Source of the DNA: Leptospiraceae bacterium
Lineage (GTDB): Bacteria > Spirochaetota > Leptospiria > Leptospirales > Leptonemataceae
Direction of reading: 5' to 3'
Assembly (NCBI GenBank): GCA_040217195.1
Contig: JAVJNR010000002.1
Span: forward strand, 224,001-288,000
DNA: 64,000 bases
Position 1 is the first letter of the stretch. Each line of letters opens with the position of its first letter. The position numbers and the translations under genes were made by a program. Under the pieces are notes generated by a model. The model was not told where the DNA came from and made no database searches. It worked only from the letters and a program-made list of their open reading frames with translations. Of the stretch, positions 38,727 through 48,074 are shown piece after piece.

Positions 38727-39698
38727 ATGGCTGAAAATAACCGGGACGAAAATCAGGCGAACAGTCAAAATGCAGGAGTAGAATCCGATGCAACGCCGCC
38801 TCCTGGCCGGGAAGGGGCCGGCGCAACTAGACCAGGTGATCCGGGCCCACGAAGAACGCTTCGACAAACCCTGGCATTGCTACCAGGGCGAAAATGGGAT
38901 TATGTTCTTCTTTCTCTGGTGGCTGTTGATACGCTTCTGTTGCTACTGCGCGGCTCCTATGATGTATTCCTGGATCGTCGTGTGTCTCTGGGCCTCATAG
39001 GCTTTGACTTTTTTGTTCTGACGCTGTGGGGCTTTGATTTCCTGCGCAAACTCTGGAAGGAAGAAGATCGATGGAGATTTATCACCAGAAATTGGTATGA
39101 AGTGGTTGGACTGATTCCTGTGGTAATGCTTCGTCCTTTTCTGCTATTGCGAGGGCTAAAGTTAGGTATTGCATTCTATAAGCTGGGAAAGTCCACGGAA
39201 AATGTCAGTCAGTCATTAACTCGTGAAATAACCTTTCGATTCAGAGACATTATTGTAGATACCATCGCAGATGCGGTCTTTCTCCAATCCCTGGGTAGAG
39301 TGGAAGAAGTAATGAGTCGCCTGGATTATGCAGAGCTTGCCCGGAAGGCGTTTCGGAATCACCAGGAGGAATTGGATGCCCTGGTCAAGGAATCGCTACA
39401 TACCAAGAGCATGATGGGAGAATTGAGTCGAGTTCCCTTCATGGATGGATTCATAAATCGTATTGGTGTAGATGTAAGTAAAATCATAAGTGAAGTGCTG
39501 GAAGCTGAAGTGGCCGGAAGCATCATGAAAGAGATTACACGAGGAATCCTTGCAGAAATGCATGATAGAGTTCGCCAGCTGGATGTGGAGCGAATTACAT
39601 CCGATGGCAGAATGAGAAAAGGATGGACCGCACCAGGAATGGCTCCTTCCGGAAATCCAGAGAATCCAGTAGCGGAAGCTCCTGGCCCGGAAGGCTGA
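38727..39698 (+). CDS. Ion-transporter-like membrane protein (voltage-sensor-like N-terminal domain, helical C-terminus)
   Basis: TM helices with DF, NWYEVVGLIP and basic LRPFLLLRGLK; ATG at 38727 avoids overlap with the small ORF. Confidence 0.7.
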   Translation: MAENNRDENQANSQNAGVESDATPPPGREGAGATRPGDPGPRRTLRQTLALLPGRKWDYVLLSLVAVDTLLLLLRGSYDVFLDRRVSLGLIGFDFFVLTLWGFDFLRKLWKEEDRWRFITRNWYEVVGLIPVVMLRPFLLLRGLKLGIAFYKLGKSTENVSQSLTREITFRFRDIIVDTIADAVFLQSLGRVEEVMSRLDYAELARKAFRNHQEELDALVKESLHTKSMMGELSRVPFMDGFINRIGVDVSKIISEVLEAEVAGSIMKEITRGILAEMHDRVRQLDVERITSDGRMRKGWTAPGMAPSGNPENPVAEAPGPEG

Positions 39699-39784
39699 GA
39701 TTTTTTTGGACGGAACCCTGGCAAAGGGTTCGAGCCAGGGTACAATTCGGTTGATTTACTGAGTGCATACCTCAAAGGTTTGTC

Positions 39785-40570
39785 ATGGATCTTGGAGTCA
39801 CAGATAAAGTATACTTCCTGGCCGCATCCAGTCGTGGACTGGGCCGGGCCATAGCCCAGGAGCTCAAGGAGTGTGGAGCATCCGTTTTTCTGGGCGGCCG
39901 CAACGAAGATACCCTGCTCAAAACACTAAAGGACATGGGCGCCGATCAAGATAGAAAAGTGCATGGCTCGGTTCTGGACGCTTCTTCTGCGGACAGTATT
40001 GAAAAATGGATCGAAGAGGGCCTGCATACCTTTGGAAGAATGGATGGATCACTGGTTAATGCTGGTGGACCTCCGGCCGGAAAGTTCAAAGACTTTGATG
40101 ATTCTGATTTTGATGCTGCCTATCAGCTCACTTTGATGAGTGCAGTGCGTATGATCCGGGAATCTCTACCTGCCCTTCGGGGAAGCAAAGGTAATGTACT
40201 GATTGTAACGTCCCTCTCCGTTCGGGAGCCGGTGGACAACTTAATTCTTTCGAATGTATTTCGCAGTGGTGTCAATGCACTGATGAAAACACTGTCCAGA
40301 GAACTGATGCCGGATGGTATCAGAACAAACTGCATTGCGCCGGGACTGATATCTACGGACCGACTGGAAAATATTGAAAAGGCTAATGCAGAGGCCACAG
40401 GAAGAAATTCAAACGAAGTACGCAAGGAGATGCAGTCCGGCATACCTATGGGTCGCTACGGAGATCCGGCAGAGTTTGGTCGTGTAGGTGCATTTCTACT
40501 TTCGCCGGCTGCATCCTATGTAAATGGTGAATCGATCCAGGTGGATGGGGGACTGGCACGAAGCGTATGA
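39785..40570 (+). CDS. SDR family oxidoreductase
   Basis: [25 protein letters not shown] and IPMGRYG. Confidence 0.9.
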   Translation: MDLGVTDKVYFLAASSRGLGRAIAQELKECGASVFLGGRNEDTLLKTLKDMGADQDRKVHGSVLDASSADSIEKWIEEGLHTFGRMDGSLVNAGGPPAGKFKDFDDSDFDAAYQLTLMSAVRMIRESLPALRGSKGNVLIVTSLSVREPVDNLILSNVFRSGVNALMKTLSRELMPDGIRTNCIAPGLISTDRLENIEKANAEATGRNSNEVRKEMQSGIPMGRYGDPAEFGRVGAFLLSPAASYVNGESIQVDGGLARSV

Positions 40571-41085
40571 CCCGCTCGGAAAAGAATAAAACCGACGAAA
40601 GGAGTCCTCTGGTTGGTATCATCATGGGCAGCAATTCGGACTGGGAAACCATGAAGGCCGCAAGGGATATTTTAGATGAATTTGCCGTGCCCTGCGAAGC
40701 CCTGGTGGTTTCGGCCCATCGCACACCGGAAAAGATGTACGAATATGCAACTAGCGCCCGGCAGAGAGGGATTCGTGTAATCATAGCAGGGGCAGGAGGT
40801 GCGGCACATTTGCCTGGAATGACCGCTTCGCTCACCACTTTACCGGTTATTGGTGTTCCCGTTCAGACCAGGGCACTGAGCGGTCTGGACTCTCTGCTTT
40901 CTATTGTTCAGATGCCTGGCGGTATTCCGGTGGCTACTACAGCCATCGGAAGCTCCGGGGCCAAGAATGCAGGTATTCTGGCAGCCCAGATCTTGAGTCT
41001 CCAGGATCCGGCTCTGGCGACCAGGCTGGAAACCTATCGTCAGTCCTTGAAAGATATGGTGGATCAAATGAAGCTGGAAGACTAA
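40567..41085 (+). CDS. purE: N5-CAIR mutase
   Basis: [25 protein letters not shown] and [13 protein letters not shown]. Confidence 0.97.
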   Translation: MTRSEKNKTDERSPLVGIIMGSNSDWETMKAARDILDEFAVPCEALVVSAHRTPEKMYEYATSARQRGIRVIIAGAGGAAHLPGMTASLTTLPVIGVPVQTRALSGLDSLLSIVQMPGGIPVATTAIGSSGAKNAGILAAQILSLQDPALATRLETYRQSLKDMVDQMKLED

Positions 41086-41108
41086 TCCCTGAGATTTTTT
41101 CTGGCTGC

Positions 41109-42449
41109 ATGTCTCAATCCCGGAAACCCATTCTGCCACCAAGCACCATTGGAATCCTTGGAGGCGGTCAGCTGGGCCGAATGATTGCCCAGGAAGCCAG
41201 AAGAATGGGCTATGGAATCATTGTTCTGGATCCCGGAACCGATTGCCCTGCCTCTCATTTGGCCGATGAGCATATGCAGGCCGATTTTTCCGATGCAAAA
41301 GCTGTACAGGCTCTGTCACAGAAGTGCGATGTGCTCACCTTTGAATTCGAAAATGTGGAACCATCGGTAATGCAGGGCCTCACATCCTATCCGGCCCTGG
41401 AACCGTTGTTCATTAGCCGTAATCGTTTGAGGGAAAAGAGTCTGGCCCAGAATCTGCGAATTCCTACGGCTCCATTCATTCCGGTAGACAGCGCTACAGA
41501 ACTAAGACAGGCGCTCCGGAATACAGAGATCCAGAAATGTGCCGGAGCAATATTGAAAACCTGCGAAGGTGGATACGATGGAAAGGGACAATGGAGACTG
41601 GGTCTAAAGGAACTGCAGGCTGCCCTGGATTCTAGAATCAGCGACCAGGAATTTGTTCATCTTCTGGACTCCGCTCTGGTCAGTGCTTTTCGTTCCCGGG
41701 AAGATACGCTTACCACAGGAAATAAGATTCCAACGAAAGATTCCGCCACCATAAAAGAAAGAACTGCATCGTCCGAATCCAGGGATTCCGCCACGGCCAA
41801 AACAGATCAATCCGTCGAATACGGGCATGGACTGGATGCTACCTTTGTGCTGGAAGGAATGGTGGACTTCACTCTGGAATTTAGCATCGTCGGAACTGGT
41901 TTTAACGATGGGAGCTTTCACAGTTTTTCAGCCATTGAGAATCAGCACCGAAACGGAATATTACATAAGAGCTACTCCATCTGCAAAATGAATCAAAAGG
42001 CTCAGACACTGGCTGAAGAATATGCCCGGCGACTCTGCAATCATTTCTCTTATACCGGTACCTTTGCGGTGGAATTCTTCCTTTCCAATGATGAACCAGT
42101 ATTTAATGAAATGGCTCCACGTCCGCACAATTCAGGACATTTAACCCTGGATGCGAATTATAGTTCTCAGTTCGAGCAACATGTTCGTGCTATTTGTGGA
42201 CTGCCCTCCGGTGATACCGATTCCATATGCGAAGCTGTAATGATCAATTTAATTGGTGAAGATGAAAGTGAGCTTTCGGGATTGGAGCAGGCACTTAAAA
42301 TTCCCGGACTGCGTTTTCACTGGTATGGAAAAAATGATTCCAGGCAGGGACGTAAGATGGGCCATATCACAGCCCTTGGTTCTACCATAGAGAGTGCTGA
42401 ACAGAAAGCCGATCAGGCCTACGAATGCCTGGGATGGGTGAGGCAATAG
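41109..42449 (+). CDS. purK: N5-CAIR synthase, with internal insertion
   Basis: GILGGGQLGRM, TFEFEN, GYDGKGQ, NEMAPRPHNSGH, SQFEQH and RKMGH; follows purE. Confidence 0.95.
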   Translation: MSQSRKPILPPSTIGILGGGQLGRMIAQEARRMGYGIIVLDPGTDCPASHLADEHMQADFSDAKAVQALSQKCDVLTFEFENVEPSVMQGLTSYPALEPLFISRNRLREKSLAQNLRIPTAPFIPVDSATELRQALRNTEIQKCAGAILKTCEGGYDGKGQWRLGLKELQAALDSRISDQEFVHLLDSALVSAFRSREDTLTTGNKIPTKDSATIKERTASSESRDSATAKTDQSVEYGHGLDATFVLEGMVDFTLEFSIVGTGFNDGSFHSFSAIENQHRNGILHKSYSICKMNQKAQTLAEEYARRLCNHFSYTGTFAVEFFLSNDEPVFNEMAPRPHNSGHLTLDANYSSQFEQHVRAICGLPSGDTDSICEAVMINLIGEDESELSGLEQALKIPGLRFHWYGKNDSRQGRKMGHITALGSTIESAEQKADQAYECLGWVRQ

Positions 42450-43405
42450 CCCAGCAATCGGTGGCATCCGGACTGAAAGAATAGATCGGCCAGAGCAACG
42501 ACTCCAATTCCCTTGTTGCTCATCAAATAGAGCGGAGCCCAGACGGGGCGAAATTTGTTTTTGAACTTAAAAAGTCCCATGCTACTGAATGCCGGTCGCA
42601 TCAAGTAATAACTGGGGAATTTTGACGGTGGCCGCGATGGGGACTGGAGTGGAGTATCCAGATTCCTTTCAAATTGATTTGGAAGGCGAGGCTCCTTCGG
42701 CAAACGCAAAAAGGGAACTTCGCCCAGGCTCATCATTGAAATGCCCTGGCTTCTGGCAACGTCCACGGATTCCAGAATCAGAGCCTCCATGGTGCCCACA
42801 GGAGCCACTGTAGATCTCAGCAACACTTCCAGGTGTCTGGCTTCCTTTCCATTTCGGGACCATCCTACCATCGCCTCGGTCTTTCCATCCCTGCTGTAAA
42901 TCAGTGCCTGTTCCCATCCACCAGGATGATTCTGAAAAAGATGATTCAGTGCCGGTCTCAATCTGTAATGGGATCTGTTTCGCAGGTCTCGAAGTTCCAG
43001 GCTTAATCGATTGATATCCCCTTGCGAAAGTCCATCTATGATCTCTATTTCGCCTTTTCGCAGAGCCCTCCGGCGAAGCTCTCGAAGACTGGCATGGGGC
43101 TGCCAGTGCTGGGGATGTCCTGGAATTAATAGGGCTTCAATTCCGCTCTGGCGGCTAAACCAACCCTCCCGGCCAAGTTGCATTTTATGATCCGGCAGAC
43201 AACCTCGGATTATTACATCAATATTCTCTGCCTCCTGCAGCAATGCAGAGGCGAGATCCGCATCGCTGTTCATTAGAGCGCCATAAATCCAGTTTCTGCG
43301 TATCCTGGGTAGCCACAGCGACTGAGGGGCAAAGCCGGACCCATCGAAGGAAGAAAATGAATCATTCACAGACCAGCTCAGTGGAAGTCGGGACATTCTT
43401 CGCAT
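42419..43405 (-). CDS. Stand-alone DUF2156 / aminoacyl-phosphatidylglycerol synthase catalytic-domain-like protein
   Basis: GTMEALI, SLGEVP and GLFKFKNKFRPVWAPLYL resemble the MprF C-terminal domain; start uncertain. Confidence 0.72.
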   Translation of the reverse strand: MRRMSRLPLSWSVNDSFSSFDGSGFAPQSLWLPRIRRNWIYGALMNSDADLASALLQEAENIDVIIRGCLPDHKMQLGREGWFSRQSGIEALLIPGHPQHWQPHASLRELRRRALRKGEIEIIDGLSQGDINRLSLELRDLRNRSHYRLRPALNHLFQNHPGGWEQALIYSRDGKTEAMVGWSRNGKEARHLEVLLRSTVAPVGTMEALILESVDVARSQGISMMSLGEVPFLRLPKEPRLPNQFERNLDTPLQSPSRPPSKFPSYYLMRPAFSSMGLFKFKNKFRPVWAPLYLMSNKGIGVVALADLFFQSGCHRLLGYCLTHPRHS

Positions 43406-43506
43406 TCTAATCTCTTTTTCTCGTAATCCCTATCTCATCCCTGGGAAATAGTTGACTAATGTCCAATCTATTCCTTCGTTAAAAGACAAAGAAACAAGGA
43501 GGAAAT

Positions 43507-44103
43507 ATGGCACTAACTTTGCCTGATTTACCCTATCCCAAGAATGGACTCGAGCCTCATATCTCTGCAAACACACTCGAGTTTCACTATGGAAAGCATC
43601 ACAATGCTTATGTAACCAATGGAAATAAGCTCATCGAAGGGACTCCCTTTGAGAAAGCAGACATTGAAACCATTATCAAGGAAACCGCAAAAGATTCCTC
43701 CAAAGTTGGCATTTTCAACAATGCTGCTCAGGTTTGGAACCATACTTTCTACTGGAATTCCATGAAGCCTAATGGTGGCGGAGAGCCTACTGGTCCTATT
43801 GCAGACAAGATCCAGTCAGATTTTGGCGGACTGGACAAATTTGTAGAAGAATTCAAGACAGCTGCGGCTACCCAATTCGGAAGCGGATGGGCCTGGCTGG
43901 TTCTGGATGGCGGAAAACTTAAAGTGGTGAAAACACCGAATGCAGAAAACCCTCTGGTTACCGGTCAAAAGCCGATTCTAACCATTGATGTTTGGGAGCA
44001 TGCTTATTATCTGGACTACCAGAATAAGCGGCCGGACTACATTTCAACATTCGTTGAAAAGCTGGTTAACTGGGATTTTGCATCCAAGAATCTGGAAGGC
44101 TAA
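43507..44103 (+). CDS. sodB: Superoxide dismutase [Fe]
   Basis: [16 protein letters not shown] (AAQ Fe-type signature), FGSGWAWL and [17 protein letters not shown]. Confidence 0.95.
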   Translation: MALTLPDLPYPKNGLEPHISANTLEFHYGKHHNAYVTNGNKLIEGTPFEKADIETIIKETAKDSSKVGIFNNAAQVWNHTFYWNSMKPNGGGEPTGPIADKIQSDFGGLDKFVEEFKTAAATQFGSGWAWLVLDGGKLKVVKTPNAENPLVTGQKPILTIDVWEHAYYLDYQNKRPDYISTFVEKLVNWDFASKNLEG

Positions 44104-44144
44104 TCCAGGAAATAAGAATCCCCTGGTAGCAAAGGGAATAAGCA

Positions 44145-44176
44145 GAAGGGCTCGCAATCGCGGGCCTTTCTTTTTT
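44145..44176 (+). terminator. Intrinsic terminator after sodB
   Basis: GAAGGGCTCGC-AATC-GCGGGCCTTTC stem-loop followed by TTTTTT. Confidence 0.8.
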
Positions 44177-44267
44177 GGAATATAGTCAAAGAGTTTATCT
44201 GGAACCGTCTCCCTGGCGGTACACATTACATGCAACATTCTATCGCTTAACCGAATTATGCTACGGG

Positions 44268-45041
44268 CTATCCCTGGGTAGCGGAGGCCAGAAGAAGAGT
44301 ATGTCTTGTTTTTACATTTTCAATCGCTGCATGGACGGGAACCGCTGCCTCTGAAATAATCTCCAATCCCCAGCTTTGCGAATTCTTACCTGGGCCATAG
44401 GTTCTGCAGGGATCTGCCACAATACACTTTGCGCCCAGTTCCTGTGCGGCGAGACACCAGATCCTGGCTCTATCTGCCACGGAAGCTTCGTAGAACAAAT
44501 CTCCCAGGATTACTATGTCCGGTTTGATTCGGGGAAGGAAAAATTCTGGATCTTCGAAAAGTTCCAGGCCATCAGTATCTAGCTCCACTCCATTTCGTCG
44601 TGCCATGGCAGCGGTAACATCCAGGGCCTGATTGTCATGGTCCGTTGCAGTAACCTCACATCCTCTTTTCGCAAATGCCACTGCAGCCAATCCTGATCCG
44701 CAACCAAGCTCCAGAACTCTTTTCTCTTTTAGTGGTAGGTCTGTATCCAGGGCATAGCGAGCCAGCATTCTGGATCCTGGCCAGACAATACACCAGTAAG
44801 GAATTTCGTTTCGATACGCTTCGTCCAGTGTTCCGGCATACTGCCAGAATGCACTGAAATTCAGAGCTTCGCGCATGTAGATTTCCGGGCAGTATAGATC
44901 CGGACGGTTTCCCTGGCCAAAGTTCGGAACGGGTGGAGCTTCCTCTTCCAGCATGAACTCAGCCGCTGACGGAGTTTTAGGGCTTTCTGCAGCCGGTAGA
45001 GGCATTCCCGGTTCCAGGAGGAATAGTTCAGACGATAACAT
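44268..45041 (-). CDS. Class I SAM methyltransferase (lysine methyltransferase family 16-like)
   Basis: PYWCIVWPG, VLELGCGSG, GDLFYE and ADP motifs. Confidence 0.85.
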   Translation of the reverse strand: MLSSELFLLEPGMPLPAAESPKTPSAAEFMLEEEAPPVPNFGQGNRPDLYCPEIYMREALNFSAFWQYAGTLDEAYRNEIPYWCIVWPGSRMLARYALDTDLPLKEKRVLELGCGSGLAAVAFAKRGCEVTATDHDNQALDVTAAMARRNGVELDTDGLELFEDPEFFLPRIKPDIVILGDLFYEASVADRARIWCLAAQELGAKCIVADPCRTYGPGKNSQSWGLEIISEAAVPVHAAIENVKTRHTLLLASATQG

Positions 45042-45486
45042 TATTTGCGCTTACCTGGGTTCATAGTTGAATTGCGATCTACAAATGACCGAACTCATAA
45101 TTCGAGGTCTTTAAGTCAAACAATCCAAGTATCGCCTGCAAATACAGTGGCTGCCTACCTCGAATATAGGTCTCGCCTGTCCCTTTATTGGGGATTTGTA
45201 TTCAGGAATAGGAAATCCTCGCGGGTGGTCATCTCTGACAAATTCTGGATCCTCTTACGGAGCGGGATTTTCTCTGAATGGAGTATGCGAAGTGGGGTGT
45301 CTATTTCCTCGTTGTTGCAACGAAGGTGGATTCGATTCGGCATCGCAGTCGATTGGAGAGATTTTCTCCAGACCTTAAGGAACTGAACGAACTATTCATA
45401 CATTTGAGTGCGGATATGGTGGATTGTGCAGTTGTAAATCATTACGGAGGAGGTTTGATCGACTGGCCTACTAGAATTCTTTCGCA

Positions 45487-45551
45487 TGAGGCATTCGGAC
45501 AATAAATTGAAACGAACGGCCATTGATAATTGTCCGGGAACATAGTAAGCT
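45487..45551 (+). promoter_or_regulatory. Tandem direct-repeat box (probable AraC site) and promoter of lipoprotein paralogue 1
   Basis: TGAGGCATTCGGACAATAAAT/TGAAACGAACGGCCATTGATA at 45487-45528, 33/42 identical to 47954-47995; TTGATA-N17-TAAGCT. Confidence 0.65.
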
Positions 45552-45607
45552 TCTCTAGATCTCGCCCACAATCCTTCAGTGGTTCAGGGCAAGCGAAGGA
45601 GACTGAA

Positions 45608-46273
45608 ATGCCAATCCGCCGAACTATTCTTCTACCTGTGTTACTTGCATTTCTCAGTCAATGCGTGACCTGGATTAATGGAGCGCCTGAGGTCAATTCT
45701 GATAAGAATACCGGGGCTTCGCCTGTGGTCGTGATCGATCTCCGCTCCAAGGACCCAGACCTGGCCGGAGTCCTCGTAAATGATTCAGCAGTCCTTAAAC
45801 GGATGAGCAAGACAGAAGAGGACTTCCCGGAACTATATCTTCTGGGGCCATATGCATTCGAAAATAGCCTCATGGACCAGACCCTTGAAGCGGAATGCGC
45901 GATTCAAAAGGCCAGGCAATTGGGCAGCGTACTCTGCATGCGTATTACCGTAGAACCGAATGAAACGGGCGTTGGTGTCGGGACCCTGATGTTTGTTTCT
46001 GGCATGGTTTCCGGGTTGTCCATTTTTGTGTTGCCAGTATACCTCGAACAGCCGCGAATTTATCATTTGGAAGTGTTTAATGAGGTCAGAGGTTGGCAGG
46101 CTCCCCGGACCCAGAGTTACAAAGTGTCCAAAAGCATCCTCGGTAGCTGGCTGGTACTGCCCTTTTCCTGGGTCGGATTCCTTCTCCCCGATGATGATGA
46201 TCTGTGGTGGGGAATCATCTCGGAAGGGTATAGACTGGATTCTTCGGATTCCTCGCGGATCGATTCGCGCTGA
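45608..46273 (+). CDS. Hypothetical lipoprotein, paralogue of 48075-48722
   Basis: AAGGAG RBS, ATG at 45608 and lipobox-like LSQC; shares CVTW, VLC, SGLSIF, PRxYHLEVF and ILGxWLxLPF with 48075. Confidence 0.8.
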   Translation: MPIRRTILLPVLLAFLSQCVTWINGAPEVNSDKNTGASPVVVIDLRSKDPDLAGVLVNDSAVLKRMSKTEEDFPELYLLGPYAFENSLMDQTLEAECAIQKARQLGSVLCMRITVEPNETGVGVGTLMFVSGMVSGLSIFVLPVYLEQPRIYHLEVFNEVRGWQAPRTQSYKVSKSILGSWLVLPFSWVGFLLPDDDDLWWGIISEGYRLDSSDSSRIDSR

Positions 46274-46857
46274 ACTGGCGAACACTACGTTACAATGTCA
46301 TTAATGCTGGCTGGTGAACAAGGTCCAGGGTCGTACTGGGTGGTGCCAACGGTTCAGGTAGCAGGGAAGATTCCCAACGGTTGCAGGCCTGGTTACGGTA
46401 GGCGAGTCTTCGTTATGCGATTCCGGAGCTAACGCTTTTCCAGACTTTTTTCAGCCACAAGTATTAGTTTGTCCTTGCGGTGCTTTCCGCGCTGAGCATC
46501 CAGTCGTATCGTTAGGGATCCCCCATATCCATGCCCCCCGTGCAGGTTTAATCCGCAAACCGCCACAGCTGACGTTCCTTTCCATCAATACCAGGTGTCC
46601 CAATCGATTAACAATGTGGGTCATCTATGGCTCCCGGCTAGGTTGTCCTGCGATTTCCCCGAGCTGAATGGCTGCTTTCCGGCTGATCTAGTCGAGAGCA
46701 GTGAGGACTCATTGGCTCCAATTGAAGTAGCACTGGGAGCCGGGTAAATTAGATGCCAGTTTTCCTGGAAATATTCATCCCGAAAATTTTTTGGGACCGA
46801 TCTGGATGTTTTCGGGGAGCACGATTCGATTGGTATGGCGCATTCGAAGTAAGACTT

Positions 46858-47874
46858 CTATGTCTCTGTTCCAGAAAGGGATTCGGCCTTCCATTGTCCT
46901 GGTGGCATGCCGAACCATTTTCTAAATGCACGGTGGAAGGTGCTGGATTCGGAATATCCCAGCAAGTAAGCTGTTTCAGTAAGGGAATAGTTCCGGTCCA
47001 GCAGATAGACCTGGACCAGCTCTTTACGAACATTGTCCAGAATATCCTGATAGCTAAGTCCTTCCCGTTTTAGTTCCCGGTACAATGTGGTTCTGGACAA
47101 AGCCAGCTTCTGGCAAAGCCATTCAATGCTCACCTCTCCAAATGCCAGGTTCTTACGAAGAAAATCCGAAATAATCTGGCTGGTAGACTCATCCTGTCTG
47201 GAACTCAGTTCCGAGGCTCGACCAACCAGGATTTCTTTAATGTAGTCGTTCTTATGTACGCCTTCCCATTCCAGTATCGAAGACTTGAAGGAGATCTCAT
47301 TGTTGTCCTGTCCGTAATGCACAGGGCATCCAAAAAACTTTGAAACCTCTGATGCATATTCTGGTTCCGGCTGCTCAAAGAACACTCCCAGAGGCTCAAT
47401 CTTCTTTCCTGTGAAGAAGTTTGCCCAGGTTAATCCGGATGACAGACTTCTTTCTATGACCAGATGCGAATCGAAACGTGGATCAGTAATAGAATATCGA
47501 AATAGACAGTTCCTTCCCTGACGAAAACATTCAATCTTGCCAGACTCATTTGTCAGGGAATGAAAGCGAATAGATTGATCCAGGGCTTCGCCCAGAGTAT
47601 TACAGGCAAGAAAAAGGTTTCCTACCACACCCATGGATTGCTTGCGAACAATCTGACCAATTTTTAGAGCACATAGCGGATCATTGCTGGTTTCCCACAG
47701 CAAATCCCAGAGCTTGATACTGGTCTCTGCAGGTATTCGACCATCCACCTGCCGAAAAATAGCCGGGTCCAGGCCGGTCCTGCTGGCCACCTCGGATGCT
47801 TCCATCCCATGCTGCATCAGAGCATCGAATACGTCATACATCTGTACTGCAGATACACTGGGAGTGGTGGCCAT
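46858..47874 (-). CDS. AraC-family transcriptional regulator (Arabinose_bd_2/OruR-type N-terminal domain)
   Basis: C-terminal HTH LSRTTLYRELK...AYLLGYSESSTFHRAFRKWFGMPP; FFGCPVHYG; AAGGAG RBS. Confidence 0.93.
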   Translation of the reverse strand: MATTPSVSAVQMYDVFDALMQHGMEASEVASRTGLDPAIFRQVDGRIPAETSIKLWDLLWETSNDPLCALKIGQIVRKQSMGVVGNLFLACNTLGEALDQSIRFHSLTNESGKIECFRQGRNCLFRYSITDPRFDSHLVIERSLSSGLTWANFFTGKKIEPLGVFFEQPEPEYASEVSKFFGCPVHYGQDNNEISFKSSILEWEGVHKNDYIKEILVGRASELSSRQDESTSQIISDFLRKNLAFGEVSIEWLCQKLALSRTTLYRELKREGLSYQDILDNVRKELVQVYLLDRNYSLTETAYLLGYSESSTFHRAFRKWFGMPPGQWKAESLSGTET

Positions 47875-47953
47875 CAGTTCTGCTCCTTAATACGCAAGGC
47901 TAACATTACCTTTTAAATCCTAACCAGAGTTGCTCCTGACGCAACTTTTTCTC

Positions 47954-47995
47954 TGAAGCAATTGGCCAATAATTTGAAACCATGGGCCATTGAAA
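47954..47995 (+). promoter_or_regulatory. Tandem direct-repeat box (probable AraC site) upstream of lipoprotein paralogue 2
   Basis: TGAAGCAATTGGCCAATAATT/TGAAACCATGGGCCATTGAAA, 21-bp period, lying between the AraC gene and the divergent lipoprotein. Confidence 0.65.
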
Positions 47996-48074
47996 TAGAT
48001 CCATGAAATGTGATTCAATCTGTTCCTCATAGCCCGGGGTAATCCCGAGGCGCAATAGGCAGGTAGGATACAGG

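Noticed and set aside
41628..41843. Intein or mobile element in purK
   Set aside because: No His-Asn end followed by Cys/Ser/Thr, no terminal inverted repeats, and too short.
45045..45505. ORFs 45045-45386, 45196-45378 and 45278-45505
   Set aside because: They overlap in three frames and have no recognisable motif or good RBS; the last one runs into the regulatory box.
46490..46590. LHGGHGY in a minus-strand frame suggesting an acyl-CoA dehydrogenase remnant
   Set aside because: The flanking residues do not match the family and the frame is interrupted; too short to support a pseudogene call.
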